This document shows positions 1 through 11,851 of a stretch of 64,000 bases of DNA, piece by piece. The notes below the pieces were generated by a model that saw nothing but the letters and a program-made list of their open reading frames with translations, had not been told where the DNA came from and made no database searches. The stretch is from contig NC_057735.1 in assembly GCF_004010195.1 (NCBI RefSeq), positions 33,398,064 to 33,462,063 of the forward strand. The letters run 5' to 3'. A program made the position numbers and the translations under genes. Position 1 is the first letter of the stretch, and every line of letters begins with the position of its first letter. This DNA is from Chiloscyllium plagiosum. Taxonomy: Eukaryota.

Positions 1-900
1 TGCTGATCAGATTTGTTCTATTTACATGAGATCAGCATGTTTGAAAGAATATAAACAGAAAATTTGTGTGAGGAGAAAGAAACAGATTTAACATTTTGGG
101 TTTTAGATCCATGAGGGAGTGCAGAGGTCTGTGATTGGGTGGAAGACAGCAAAGATGAAATGACAAAAGAGATGATGATGCAATCCAAAAAATGATAATT
201 GGATAAGCAAAGGAACAAAAATGGAACTGGACAAAATTAAGGTGGGAACTCTTGAAGTTATATTAGACTTCAGTAGGAGGAGAAAGTGGGAATGGAGCAG
301 ATAAATAAAGTAACAAGAGACTGAGAGCTCAAAGGCACTGTTTTGTTGAATAGAGGTGAACTGCAGAACGATCATCTAATTTGTGGTTGGCCTCTGAGAA
401 AACCAGGAGATTACAGTATGGTCAGCAAATACAATACACTAAATGGAAAGAAGTGCTATTACACCATGTTATTACCTGGAAGGAGTGTCTGGGGCAAAGA
501 GAGCCTGATGGGGTTTGGAGGTGTAAAGGGATTAGATGTCCAAAGTGAAAATTAAATGGTTAGAGCCTTGAAACAGGAAGCTGTGACTGGTGGTAATGGT
601 TCTTCTAATGATGTATGTGGGAAGAGACTAAAGAGAGGGAGATTCATGTAGTTGAGATAGATAGAAATTAATACAATGCAGCAAGATTAAACTGAAATGA
701 TAGTTGTATCAGAATGGTTATAATTGTAGATCTTAGAATGGAGGTAGAGTTGGGCTTTGAAATCTGTTCTCTATAATCTCGGAGGGGATAAGGTCAATGG
801 TAATCTTTGAAATGATGCCCAGATGTTCACTGGTGGATTGATGATCCTGGGGAATGAGAACTGATGGCATGACATTTATGGTCTATACTTCTCTGCTCCT
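1..900 (-). mobile_element. Highly decayed LINE remnant, probably L2-like
   Basis: Strong G/A skew on + strand typical of antisense old L2; no intact ORF; compositional call only. Confidence 0.3.
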
Positions 901-3021
901 GTCACTAAGTCTAACTTCCAACTCTCTGAAATTCAGGAAAATTTAAGATACCTGGCATTTTAGCAATTCTTAGTCAAGGAATTAGTTTTGTGTAGCATTT
1001 GCAATAATGATAGCAAAATCAATTTCACAGAGGTCAAGTCTTTAGTGCTGTTAACAATACATCATAGATCCATCAGATATGTCATCATCTGAATTGCTAT
1101 TAATGTTTTTCATCCTAGCAGGATAATTAGCAGCAACTTGTTTTTTTTGTAAAGAAGTGTCCTTCTGGGTCCTTGTTTTCTGGACTTTTAATTATTCCAG
1201 CTTGACTCAATTCTGTCAGAGCAGCTGTTGGTGCTAAAGAATCTCATGCACCAGCTACACACGCACAATCCTCACTCAGTTTTTTTCAATTGTTTTCAAA
1301 TTTTGCCACATTAGGTGCGTGCTATACAAATCATTCTGCATCCATGGTTCCCATGGATTGTCATGGGAAGTTTAAAAACATATTTTCTCTGATATTTCAC
1401 AGCTGGAAGGAGTTAGTTCAACTCATTAGCCTTCTCACTGGCATTGTGTTTGTTCATGGTTACGGTTTTCAGTGTGCCCTATTTTACAGCTTGTATGGAA
1501 ATTCTTATTGACTATTTTTGGTGGTACCAAGCCTCATCCGATTGCCTCTATTTTTATTGCACTACACATGTAGTGATGATTAGGAATCTGTTAAATTTCA
1601 ACACGTGAAAATCTATGTTCCTTAACATAACAGCATATGGCACCATGTTAAACCCAAGTTATTCTATGTTCATTAGCTTTCTAGGTTGGAGTTCATAGAT
1701 GGAACTAGAAATTATCATTGTTAGGGGACTATTCACTTTGTCTCTGTCTGACAGTAACATTTTAATATGCACAGCTTGGTAACAGTGATAGTTGGATTTT
1801 TTGTCCAGCATGTAGTCAGGTTCGTAGAAAACTGAATGATAGGAACAGAGGAACAAAGAAAGCTAGTGTTGGTTATTTACAATAATGTGTGAATCAGTGC
1901 ATGGTCATTTGTCATAGAACCTGGCTCCTGACTCCACTTTTGAAAGTTCCATTTTATGTGCAGAGCTAATAGGAACCATATGTATATTTTGGATGACATT
2001 TTCTATGCTGATTTTTTTTTACTGAAAACTCAAAAGTTGACACGAATTATGTATTTCCTCTCAAAGTCAGGTCGCACTGTTCACGTTATCTATGCATTGA
2101 AAAGGCCTACGCCAAATTATTTATTTCCTTGCTTTTCATGGGCCTGTTTATTGAATTGCTGTGAACATTGGTTGCTAAGCAACTGCTTTTCCAATTCAGA
2201 CAATTTAGTATTTGGGTCTTGACAGTTGACATGCCTTCAAGACAATTGACTATGTTTTTTCTCCAGTCGAAGGCACTAGACTTCAACTGTGTGCCTGCAT
2301 CTTTGTTGGCTTCTGCTGAGGTGTTAAGTATTTTAGTAACTTGAATAATTTAGCTTGACACCTATAGTAAATACATTTTTTAAAAAGATAGGAGAACTTT
2401 AATTGATAAAATAATGCAAGAAGAAGTCTATTGATGCATTTGGAACTTTGAATGTTCTTGTATCTTTATCAGTGTTGATACACAGGATAATAGCAGATTG
2501 AAGTTGATTGTAATCATGCCATTTCATCAGAAGCAGGCAGGTAATTAAAATCATGCATGGGATTCACTCAGTGACTCTCCATCCATTGATCCCACATGCC
2601 ACAGTTTAATGAGAAGCAAGAGTATAACTTCAGCAAATCAAAGGGTCCTTCTTTAAAAATGCAGATCAAAACTGGCATTTTGACCAAACCATCCATTATA
2701 AACCCAATTCCGTGAAAGGAAGAAGAAATCTTCTGAGTCTTATTTTGGTTTCTTTTGTTGTGGATCGTGAAATAGCAGTGTTGCTTCGCCAGGCTGATGG
2801 ATAAAGCCTTGGCCTCTTCTGTTCCCCAGCCCCTCTGGGCCCACTTGCAAGTCCTTCCATTATTGCAAACAGCACTTTTTAAATCAAACTAGCAAATTTC
2901 TGCAATGGCCTGAGCAACACTTATTCCATCAACCAGCACCAGTAAATAATAGAACCAAAAATACTATGGATGCATGAAATATGAAATTAAAAGAAAAACA
3001 GATATTGCTGCTGCTATGCCC

Positions 3022-4030
3022 TGTAATGTTGTGTCCTTTTCATAACTATAAAATTGGACTGTGTTGAGGACAGAATTTTCTGAAAATGGCTTTCTGTTCT
3101 GATAATGAACATTTAAAGGTTCGATGGCTGTTGAGAGCAAAGTGACTTGCCTTTCTGCACTGACTACCTCAAGACTTCAGAAAGTTTATAGTTGATTGAC
3201 CAGTGGTTGAGTGTGTTCCTATGAACGGTCATACCTTGACAAATCACACCCTGTAAAACTCACACTTTCTATTGTTTTTGGACTTCACCCAATAGTGAAC
3301 AGAAGAGAGCTGCAGAAACCGGTAGGTGTGAATGATCCACCATCATTGCCCCTCTGTATAACAAAGACTTTGAACTTCAAACCATTCTGGTTGGATAATA
3401 GGAGTATTGACCATGTGACCCAAACTGGCTACAGATAATAAACCTTTTTGCCCTCAGAAACAGGGGAAAACCATTCCCTCAGTGGCCACAGCTGCAGAGA
3501 CATAAATAGAAAAAGATGACAGCACAAATGTCTTTAAAACTAGACATTATTGAACCTCTGCAGCCATTTCTTTTTAAGTCCACCAGTTCTGAAACATCAA
3601 CCTCTCGGTAATAAGATTACAAACAACTAAGTTTCTGATCTGTTGGAAAATCATCTATCTCAGGGAATCCTGCAGAACCCCTAATGTATGGCTACAGTTA
3701 TTGACTCCTCCTAGACTATGCATCAGAAGTGAAGTATGTTCTATGCTGGATTTGCAAGGCTTGTTTTTATTTTCTTATGTAAACCAATATGTGAATTGTG
3801 AACTATTTTTTGTTTGCAACATGCAACAGTGCACTTAATTTGTTTCTCAAGTCTCTGTGGTGTTTGAGTATCTATGTATTTCTGAACCATTCAAACTTCA
3901 AGGTGAATGCGTGAATAAATAATCATCTCTGTTTAAACAAAAGCTTGCTCTTAGTTATCAAATTTGCCAGAGTGGAATTTAGAAACAATGACATCTTCCT
4001 TTACAAAGGATACACAAATTATTGAGAGCA
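3022..4030 (+). mobile_element. Possible old solo LTR
   Basis: Starts TGTAATG, AATAAA near 3915, LTR-like composition; 3' end and TSD not resolved. Confidence 0.25.
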
Positions 4031-4306
4031 AAATGGAATGGACTTGGGCTTCAGTTCTCTGTCATCTCTGGATAACTCAGCAGTACAGGCAGATGTATGG
4101 AACAATGGAGTACTGAGAATAGAAAACACATTTTCTTTCTTCTTTAAAAAGGCATAAAAGTTGTTTGGATGGACTTGGGTAAAACTGTACAAGTTACAAA
4201 GAAATTTAGCATGTGGGTACAGCAGGCAATCTTTTACGACTAGCTAGCTTACCCTCATATTTCATCTTCTCCTCCCTTATTGCTTTTTCATTTATCCTAT
4301 GGAATA

Positions 4307-4650
4307 GGGACAGCACAGTGGCTCAGTGGTGAGCACTACTACCTTACAGTGCCAGGGACCTGGGTTCAATTCCAGCCTTAGGCGACTATCTCTGTGGAGT
4401 TTGCACATTCTCCCTGTTTGTGTGAGAGTATCCTTCGGGTGCTCTGGTTTCCTTCCATAGTCCAAAAATGTGCAGGTTAGCTGGATTAGCCGTGCTAAGT
4501 TGCTCACAGTGTCCAGGGATGTGCAGGCTAGGTGAATTAGCCATGGGAAATGCGGGGCTATGGGGACAGGGTGGGGGAATGCTCTTCACAGTTCGGTGTT
4601 GCACTTTTGGGCTGAATGGTCTGCTTCCATACTGTACGGATTTTATGATC
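4307..4650 (+). mobile_element. HE1 SINE (tRNA-derived)
   Basis: A-box TGGCTCAGTGG, B-box GGTTCAATTCC, HE1 body GGAGTTTGCACATTCTCCC, CR1-like 3' tail. Confidence 0.9.
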
Positions 4651-4984
4651 CTCTCCTAGTTATTAAAGACTTCCCAATCCTCTGGCTTTCCACAAATCTC
4701 CACCACATTCCCTACTCCTGCACTGATTGTTTTTTAATGTTAACTGTGTGAATTCATTATCACCATTTGAACTCAATAAGTGTTGATACATTTAATGCTT
4801 AATACAGGCAATAAACTGTTCTTACAAAAGATCACTAACCCGAAAAATTAGTTCTATTTCTCTTTTCACAAAATACTGCCTGGCCTGCTGTGTATCAAAA
4901 ATGAATTAGTGATCACTTTGTCATTTATCTAATTTGTCCCATGGAGTCCATGCAGAAAATCCGACAGCACAATACAAAGCCAGG

Positions 4985-5105
4985 CTAGATTGTTTTCCTG
5001 AGATCCTAGGAAATATTCACGCATTCAACTAACATTGTGAGAGAGATTATTTATCTCACTGCTACTTGTGAATCTTGGCACAAGCTGTCTGCCAAATTGC
5101 CTGAC
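4985..5105 (+). mobile_element. Decayed Deu-domain SINE (SacSINE1/AmnSINE1-like)
   Basis: Resembles the Deu core: ...aactaacatt...agattattt-atctcactgctacttgtgaatcttg...aaattgcc. Confidence 0.4.
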
Positions 5106-5995
5106 CTTGCTTAGTTCCAGGTATTTTTGTATCCAAACACATATTTGATATTGGCTTCCTGTCTTAGGCGAGGATAGTGTCATCTATTATCTGGGAAAAG
5201 AAAGAAAATGTAAATCAACAAGGGTGTGCACACAATGCCAGGAAGAATTGGAGCTGTCAGTTGGTAAGCCATGGAACAAGGTGGGGCATGTGCCAGGTGT
5301 CAGTGGGGGAATGAATGGCCCAATTTAGATCCATTATTCTTTTGTATGTGACTAGTGCCTGCTATTTAATCTGTAATGAGTACTTGTCGCAGCAGCAGCA
5401 TTTTACGTGAATGGTTTTTACTCATAATTGCAAACAAGCTTAAAATATAGTTTTGCTTTCCAATGTTACTATGTTCATGTACAAGAATTTAAATTTGAAC
5501 TAAATCCACTCAGTTCTGCAAGACAACTGCTCGTTTTTGTTGCAGCTGTGATGGACGGCATTATTTTACTTCCCTTATTTGAAGTTCAGTGACATCAGTG
5601 TGACAATTAACTGCAACTACACAGCAAGGGGGCAATCATTGGAAAGAACTTGCAGGCAATTTTGGTCGAGCAATGACCAAGAGATACGACATACGCTGTC
5701 ATTTTCAGAGCTGTTTTACACTTTATTGTCTGTTGGATGCTGTGAAATTCACATTGTGGCATGACACCTAATGTGGCAGATTTTAAAGGAATTTGGTTTA
5801 AAAATTAAGGTCACAATCAATTGTTAATTAGGTTTTTGATCATTGAAAAATATCATTCCTTAGCAATTATCCTCATTGACTGAATCAGTAGTCTAAACTG
5901 GAATAGGCTATTGATACAATTAGCTGCAAAAAACATTATTTTTACTGCATCTGAAACATTGGAAAAAAAATTCTGTTTAAAATATGTTAGCATCA

Positions 5996-6370
5996 GAGAA
6001 TCACATAATTCCTACAGTGCAGAAAGAGGCGATTCAGCCCATCAAGTCTGCACTGACCCTCCAAAAAGCAATCCACCCAGACCCAGCCTCCCTACTCTAT
6101 ACCTGTGTCTCTGTATTTACCATGGCTAATCTACCTAGCCTGCACATTCCAGGACACCACAGGGCAATTTAACATCGTCAATTCACTGAACTTGTCAGCA
6201 GCATTGCTGACTGGTAGAACACTGGACTTTGGAAGAAGGCAGGAGTACCTAGCAATGCAGACACTGGGAACGTACAGACTCCATATAGCTAACCACCTGA
6301 GGCTGGAATCAAACCCAAGTCCTTGGTGTTGTGAGACAGCATGGCTAACTACTGAGCCTCCATAATACCC
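5996..6370 (-). mobile_element. HE1 SINE (older copy)
   Basis: Reverse complement of HE1 head, body and tail. Confidence 0.85.
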
Positions 6371-6783
6371 TGTTATAGTTTGTCGTCATTACATAATAGA
6401 TAAACAAATGCTTGTAGATTAGTACATTACACAAGGGTAAAATTATTCTTCATTTAACCTGTGAAGTTTGACTTGTAGGAAAAAAATCTTTAAGATTTGT
6501 TAGATGCAATTTATTTATTGTTAATTTCAGAATATTCTTGATGGATCACTGTTCTTTTATGTATTTGATGAAGCACTTTTTGAATAGCTATTGGGATAAA
6601 ATTCATTGATGTTTCAAAGAACAAATTTTTTATGTGTCAGCCAGGCTCCAGCCTCTACGAAATTCTGAGAAAGAAAAGAAATCTTGTAGTTACACACTTT
6701 TCAGTATTGCAGGACATCTCAGTCGAGAGTGTGTTGCTGGAAAAGCACAGCAGGTCAGGCAGCATCCGAGGAGCAGGAAAATC

Positions 6784-6811
6784 GATGTTTCGGGCCGGAG
6801 TCCTTCATCAG
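6784..6811 (-). ncRNA. Minimal type-I hammerhead ribozyme motif (family A) in PLE terminus
   Basis: Minus strand reads CUGAUGA-A-GGAC-UCCG-GCCC-GAAAC-AUC; one stem II mismatch. Confidence 0.7.
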
Positions 6812-6900
6812 TAATGAGGCTGAGAGCCTCAGGGGTGGAGAGATAATTGGGAGGAGAGGTGGGACTGCGGAGAAGGTAGTTAAGAGTGCAATAGGTGGAT

Positions 6901-7792
6901 GGAGATGGGGTTAAAGGTGATAGGTCAGAGGAGAGGGTGGAGCGGATAGGTGGGAAGAGAAATTGTCAGGTGGGACAGATCATGAGAACAGTGCTGAGCT
7001 GGAAGGTTGGAACTGGGATAAGGTGGGGGAAGGGGAAATGAGGAAACTGGTGAAGTCCACTTTGATGCCTTGGGGTTGAAGTGTCCAGAGGTGAAAGATA
7101 AGGCGTTCTTCCTCCAGGTATTGGGTGGTGAGGCAGTGGTGATGGACGAGGCCCAGGACCTGCTTGTCCTTGGCAAAGTGGAAGGAGGAGTTGAAATGTT
7201 CGGCCACAGGGCATTGGGGTTGATTGACGCGTGTCTCCCGGAGATGTTCTCTATGGCTTTCTGTGAGGAGGCATCTAATCTCCCCAATGTAGAGGAGACT
7301 GCATTTGGAGCAATGGATACAATAAATCACATATGGAAGTGCAGGTGGAGGTGGGGTTAAAGGTGATAGGTCAGAGGAGAGGGTGGAGCGGATAGGTGGG
7401 AAGGGAAATTGTCAGGTGGGACAGATCATGAGGACGGTGCTGAGCTGGAAGGTTGGAACTGGGATAAGGTGGGGGGAGGGGAAATGAGGAAACTGGTGGA
7501 GTCCACTTTGATGCCTTGGGGTTGAAGTGTCCAGAGGTGAAAGATAAGGCGTTCTTCCTCCAGGTATTGGGTGGTGAGGCAGTGGCGATGGACGAGGCCC
7601 AGGACCTGCTTGTCCTTGGCAAAGTGGGAGGAGGAGTTGAAATGTTCGGCCACAGGGCATTGGGGTTGATTGACACGTGTGTCCCGGAGATGTTCTCTAT
7701 GGCTTTCTGTGAGGAGGCATCTAATCTCCCCAATGTTGAGGAGACTGCATTTGGAGCAATGGATACAATAAATCACATATGGAAGTGCAGGT
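6901..7792. repeat. 446-bp direct tandem duplication inside the PLE (6901-7346 / 7347-7792)
   Basis: Duplicate ORF sets offset by exactly 446 nt; about 11 substitutions counted by eye. Confidence 0.95.
7426..7776 (-). pseudogene. PLE GIY-YIG endonuclease fragment (second copy at 6980-7330)
   Basis: IYCIHCSKC..LNIGE..R..EH; VAEHFNS; EERLIFHLWTLQPQGI. Confidence 0.88.
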
Positions 7793-8232
7793 GAAACTTT
7801 GATGGATGTGGAAGGCTCCTTTGGGGCCTTGGATGGAGGTGAGGGGGGAGGTATGGGCGCAGGTTTTTCAATTCCTGTGATGGCAGGGGAAGGTGCCAGG
7901 ATGGGAGGGTGGCTTGTTAGGCGGCGTGGACCTGACTAGGAAGTCGCCGAGAGGATGGTCTTTGCAGAAAGTGGATAGAGAAGGGGAGGGAAATGTATCC
8001 CTGTAGGTGGTGGAACTGTTGACGGATGATGCGCTTTATGCGGATGTTGGTGGGGTGGAAGGTGAGGACCAAGGGGGTTCTGTCCTTGTTGCAGTGGAGG
8101 GGTGAGATTCAAGAGCGGAGATGCATTGGAGGGCATCTTCAACCACGTGGGAGGGGAAATTTTGATCTTTAAAGAAGGGGGCCATCTGTGGTGGAACTGG
8201 TCCTAGGAGCAGATGCGGCGGAGGAGGAGCAG

Positions 8233-8649
8233 TTAGGAATAGGGTGGGTGGAAGGTGGTGTAATCCAGGTAAATGTGAGAGTCGGTGGGTTTGTAAAAAA
8301 TGTCAGTGTTGAGTTGGTCCTCGTGGATGGAGAGGTCGAGGAAGGAGAGGGAGGTGTCAAAGGTGGTCCAGATGAATTTGAGGTTGGGGTGGAAGGTGTT
8401 TGTGAAATTGATGAACTGTTTGACATCCTTGTGGGAGCACGAGGTGGCGCCGATGCAGTCATCAACGTAGCGGAGGAAGAGGTGGGGAGTGGTGCCGGTG
8501 TTACTCCAAAAGATGCGCTGTCCTATGTAGCCAACAAAGAGACAGGCACAGCTGGGGCCCATGTGGTTGCCCGTGGCTACCCCTTTCATTTGGACGAAGG
8601 GCGATGATTCGAAGGAGAAATTGTTAAGGGTGAGGACCAGTTCAGCCAA
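8233..8649 (-). pseudogene. PLE reverse transcriptase fragment
   Basis: LTLNNFSF..Q.KGVATG..MGPS.A.LF...RYVDD...SFLDL; frameshifts on both sides. Confidence 0.92.
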
Positions 8650-9144
8650 ACAAATAAGAGTGTCAGTGGAAGGGTACTGGTGGGGACGTTGGGAGAGGAA
8701 GAAATGAAGGGCTTGGAGGCCCTGGTCATGGTGGATGGAGGTTTAAAGGGACTGGATGTCCATGGTGAAGATGAGACATTGGAGGCCGGAGAAATGGAAG
8801 TCTTGGAGAGGAGGTGGAGGGCGTGGGTGGTGTCCTGAACATATGTGGGGAGTTCCTGGACTGGGGGGATAGGACAGTATCGAGGTAGGTGGAGATGAGT
8901 CCAGTGGGGCAGGAGCAGGCTGAGATGATAGGTCGGCCAGGATGGTCAGGCTTGTGGATCTTGGATAGAAGCTCACTTTCTCCCTGCAAGACATCTCATA
9001 CAACTTTGGAACCAACGAAGTAATTTTTGAAGTGGACTCTTGGTTGTATGTATGAAACTGTACTGCCAACCTGCAAGCCACAAACTCTCTCAAACAGCAA
9101 TGTGATAATTTCAGATAATCTGCTTTTTTCACTTGAATAAAGAT

Positions 9145-9280
9145 AAAATGCTGCAGATGCTGAAAATCTGAAACAAACCCAGAGAATACCAGAATGACTC
9201 AGTAGGACTGGCAGCATCTGTGGAGAGAGCAACAGAGTTGTTTTAAGTTGTTTTGAATCCAGTACAACTGTTTTTCAGCA
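9145..9280 (-). mobile_element. Decayed PLE terminal fragment (family C type)
   Basis: gcagatgctgaaaatctgaaac...ggcagcatctgtggagagag matches the termini of the 25574-27838 element. Confidence 0.6.
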
Positions 9281-9392
9281 TCTGTTTTGGTGACGTTGGT
9301 TTAGGGACAAATATCTGTTGAGTTTAACTCTGCTGTTCCCCTTTTGAAATAACGCAGACTCCACTGGGAGGTAGAATAATAGTCTATCCTCA

Positions 9393-9545
9393 TCAGCTGA
9401 GAGCAAACTTACTGTCACAAGTCACCATTTTGAATTCCATTTTCCGTCTCCCTATCCTATCTGTCAGCCTGTTTATATCATCCTGTATTTTGCTGCAGTC
9501 CTTTACCATCATAGCTCTACATTCAGTTGTTGTCACCTTCAAATT
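9393..9545 (-). mobile_element. CR1 LINE RT fragment, inverted relative to the adjacent 3' piece
   Basis: DCSKIQDDINRLTDRIGRRKMEF resembles CR1 RT LQ.DLD.L..WA..WQM.FN. Confidence 0.7.
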
Positions 9546-9559
9546 GAAACAACCAAATT

Positions 9560-9971
9560 TACGACAGTTTGAGGAACAAGTGGAGAAGATGAGAGTGAAG
9601 AAGGAAGGAATTGGAGATTTGATTAAGGTTTTTAAGTCAAGGGGAGTCCAGACAGAGTGGAGAAAAACTGTTCTTGCTCTTAAAATGATTGAAAACCAGA
9701 CACATTTTTTAAACTGTTTTGCAAAAGAAACTAAACATGAGGCAAGAGAAAGCATCTTCACACAGCAAATGGCTCATGCTTTGAATGCACTGCCTAAGGG
9801 TGTGGTAGATGCAGATTCAATATGGCTTTCAAGAGGGCATCAGATGACTTAGGCAGAAATGGTGCAAAGTGAAAAGGCAGCTGATTGGCACTAAGTTCAA
9901 ATGCTCAGAGAGGTGGTACAGGCATGATGGAATGAATGGCCTCCTGTACCTTTTCAATTCTGTGATTCTGT
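9560..9971 (+). mobile_element. CR1 LINE 3' end
   Basis: GDLIKVFK, IFTQQMAHALNALPKGVVDADSI; 3' tail gaatggcctcctg...ttctgtgattctgt. Confidence 0.8.
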
Positions 9972-10078
9972 AAACGTTCAATAATTGACATGATTTGGAG
10001 ATGCTGGTGTTGGACTGGGGTGTACAAAGTTAAAAATCACACAACACCAGGTTATAGTCCAACAGGTTTAATTGGAAG

Positions 10079-10113
10079 CACTAGCTTTCGAAGCGTCACA
10101 CCTTCATCAGGTG
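10079..10113 (-). ncRNA. Minimal hammerhead ribozyme motif (family B)
   Basis: CAC-CUGAUGA-A-GGUGU-GAC-GCUUC-GAAA-GCUA-GUG; stem I CAC/GUG intact, stem II decayed. Confidence 0.7.
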
Positions 10114-10128
10114 GTTGTGTCCTTCAAC

Positions 10129-10163
10129 CAACTGATGAAGGAGCGGCGCTCCGAAAGCTCGTG
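10129..10163 (+). ncRNA. Minimal hammerhead ribozyme motif (family B)
   Basis: CUGAUGA-A-GGAGC-GGC-GCUCC-GAAA-GCUC-GUG; perfect 5-bp stem II; palindromic AGCU stem III. Confidence 0.8.
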
Positions 10164-10254
10164 TGCTTCCAATTAAATCTGTTGGACTTTAAACTGGTGT
10201 TGGGTGATTTTTAACTTCAATAATTGAGACCTGCATTTTTGGATTTTAAACAAA

Positions 10255-10780
10255 AAGTATAACAACATTTTATACTTGTATAATGTCTTTAACACAACAA
10301 AGTAACAAAGTAACACAACAAAGCTTCACAGTAATAACAAATAAATTTGAATACTGAGCTACAAAAAAGTGAGATGAGGACATAAAGCAAAACCTTGTGC
10401 ATGACCTGAATTTGACAGAGCATCTTAAAAGAAGGCACAAAAGGCTACAAAAAAATACATAGGAAGTGAATTCCAGAGTTGAAAACTTGACCGCCTGGTA
10501 AGGAGCAATGATAATCAGAATTGCACAAGAGACTTGAATTAAAGAAAAGCAGTCCTCTCAAATGACTATAATGTTGGAAGAGATTACAGAAATAAGGTCA
10601 TGGGTACGTTTGTAAACAAAGATGAGAACTGTTAAATGGAAATATTTCCAGACCAGGAACGTATGAAAACCAGCAACCATAACACAAATCTGTGAATTTA
10701 GTGCGAATTGGGATGCAGGCAGGTTTTTGGATGGATTGAATTTTACAGGGAGTGTTACTTGGAATAGATTGAACATTTAA
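10255..10780 (-). mobile_element. Old L2 LINE 3' region
   Basis: aacaacattttatacttgtataatgtctttaacac...gcttcacag resembles an antisense L2 3' end. Confidence 0.45.
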
Positions 10781-11719
10781 ACAGCCAGATTAATGTAATT
10801 CTTTTAATTAATCCACTATTAATTTCGACTCCCTTTCAAAGGTGCTGACCATGAGCTGATAGAGGAACTGTGCAACTGAATTCTAAAGCCTATTGTTGCT
10901 GTATAAGCTTTGTAGATTTATCTTGAATGGCAAATCACTTTTTAAAAAGCGAATACAGAATTTAGTAATTCTCATTAGTGGTTGTTTAAAAATAGTCAGT
11001 TTGGATTGCAGCAGCAGGGCAGCTGTTGTACAACAAAATTTAATTATATAATGCTTTTTGGAATCACTTGCTATTTTATGTTAAATCAGTTGAGTTTCAG
11101 TGAAAGCCAGTTGTTCTGCCATATCTGTATGGTGCTGATCCTTCATTAAAACTTTCTATTCTAGTCCCATTTCACATCCTTTCAAAGAATATATGTATTA
11201 TTTCCCTTCAAGTATTTAAATTTCTCTCAAATGACATGATTGATGAGCTTCAATGCCCATTTTCATTTCATATCCAACATGGTGTGTGAAACTATTAGAT
11301 GGTCCTCACCATTTAAGCACTTGGGAAAATTGACTGATATAAATCCACCAAAGCATTTAATATTTAGTTTTCAAAATATTCTCTTGTATCACCTTTCCGA
11401 TCATCTTGAATATAATTGTAGCTTTCAATTTTCATAACCATATCAACTGATTCCTGGTATTATTCCAATGAATAAATATTGCACCTCTTCTATCTGTAGG
11501 AAAAAAATGTTGGAGCTATAGATGTTAATTCTGCATACCGAATGTCATTCACAGATTCATCAAGCCTGTAGTTTTATTGTCTCCATTTATCAAGGATTAG
11601 GGATAGGTTAAGGGACAGTCGATGATTAAATTAAGGGAATGGGATTCTTAAAGTTTGTGCAGTGTCTCTTCATTGTTTGTAGTGATGAATTTGGGATGGA
11701 TTGGGACCAAAATACAGAG

Positions 11720-11851
11720 GGCGAAAGTGGGTACTGCAGATCCTGGAGATTTGAGTCAAGATTAGAGTAGTGCTGGAAAAGCACAGCAGGCCAGGCAGCA
11801 TCTGAGGAGCAGGAAAATTGATGTTCCGGGCCAAAGCCCTTCATCAGGAAT
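11720..11851 (-). mobile_element. Solo PLE terminus (family A) with TSD
   Basis: TSD caaaatRcagag at 11708-11719 and 11852-11863; hammerhead CUGAUGA-A-GGGC-UUUG-GCCC-GGAA (core mutated). Confidence 0.88.

Larger units (their letters stand above)
6722..8984 (-). mobile_element. Penelope-like element, 5'-truncated, with RT and GIY-YIG remnants
   Basis: RT motifs (QMKGVATGNHMGPSCACLF, RYVDDCIG) and GIY-YIG (IYCIHCSKCSLLYIGE); 14-bp TSD tgcaRgacatctca at 6708-6721 and 8985-8998; inverted terminal ctcactttctcc at right end. Confidence 0.95.
9989..10217. mobile_element. Short inverted-repeat PLE-derived insertion with two back-to-back hammerhead motifs (family B)
   Basis: Arms ~10028-10117 and 10125-10217 are reverse complements; unpaired tail of ~35-40 nt on the left; TSD caataattga at 9979-9988 and 10218-10227. 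Confidence 0.9.

Noticed and set aside
4307-4385. tRNA-like A/B boxes here and at other HE1 heads
   Set aside because: SINE heads continuous with HE1 bodies, not tRNA genes
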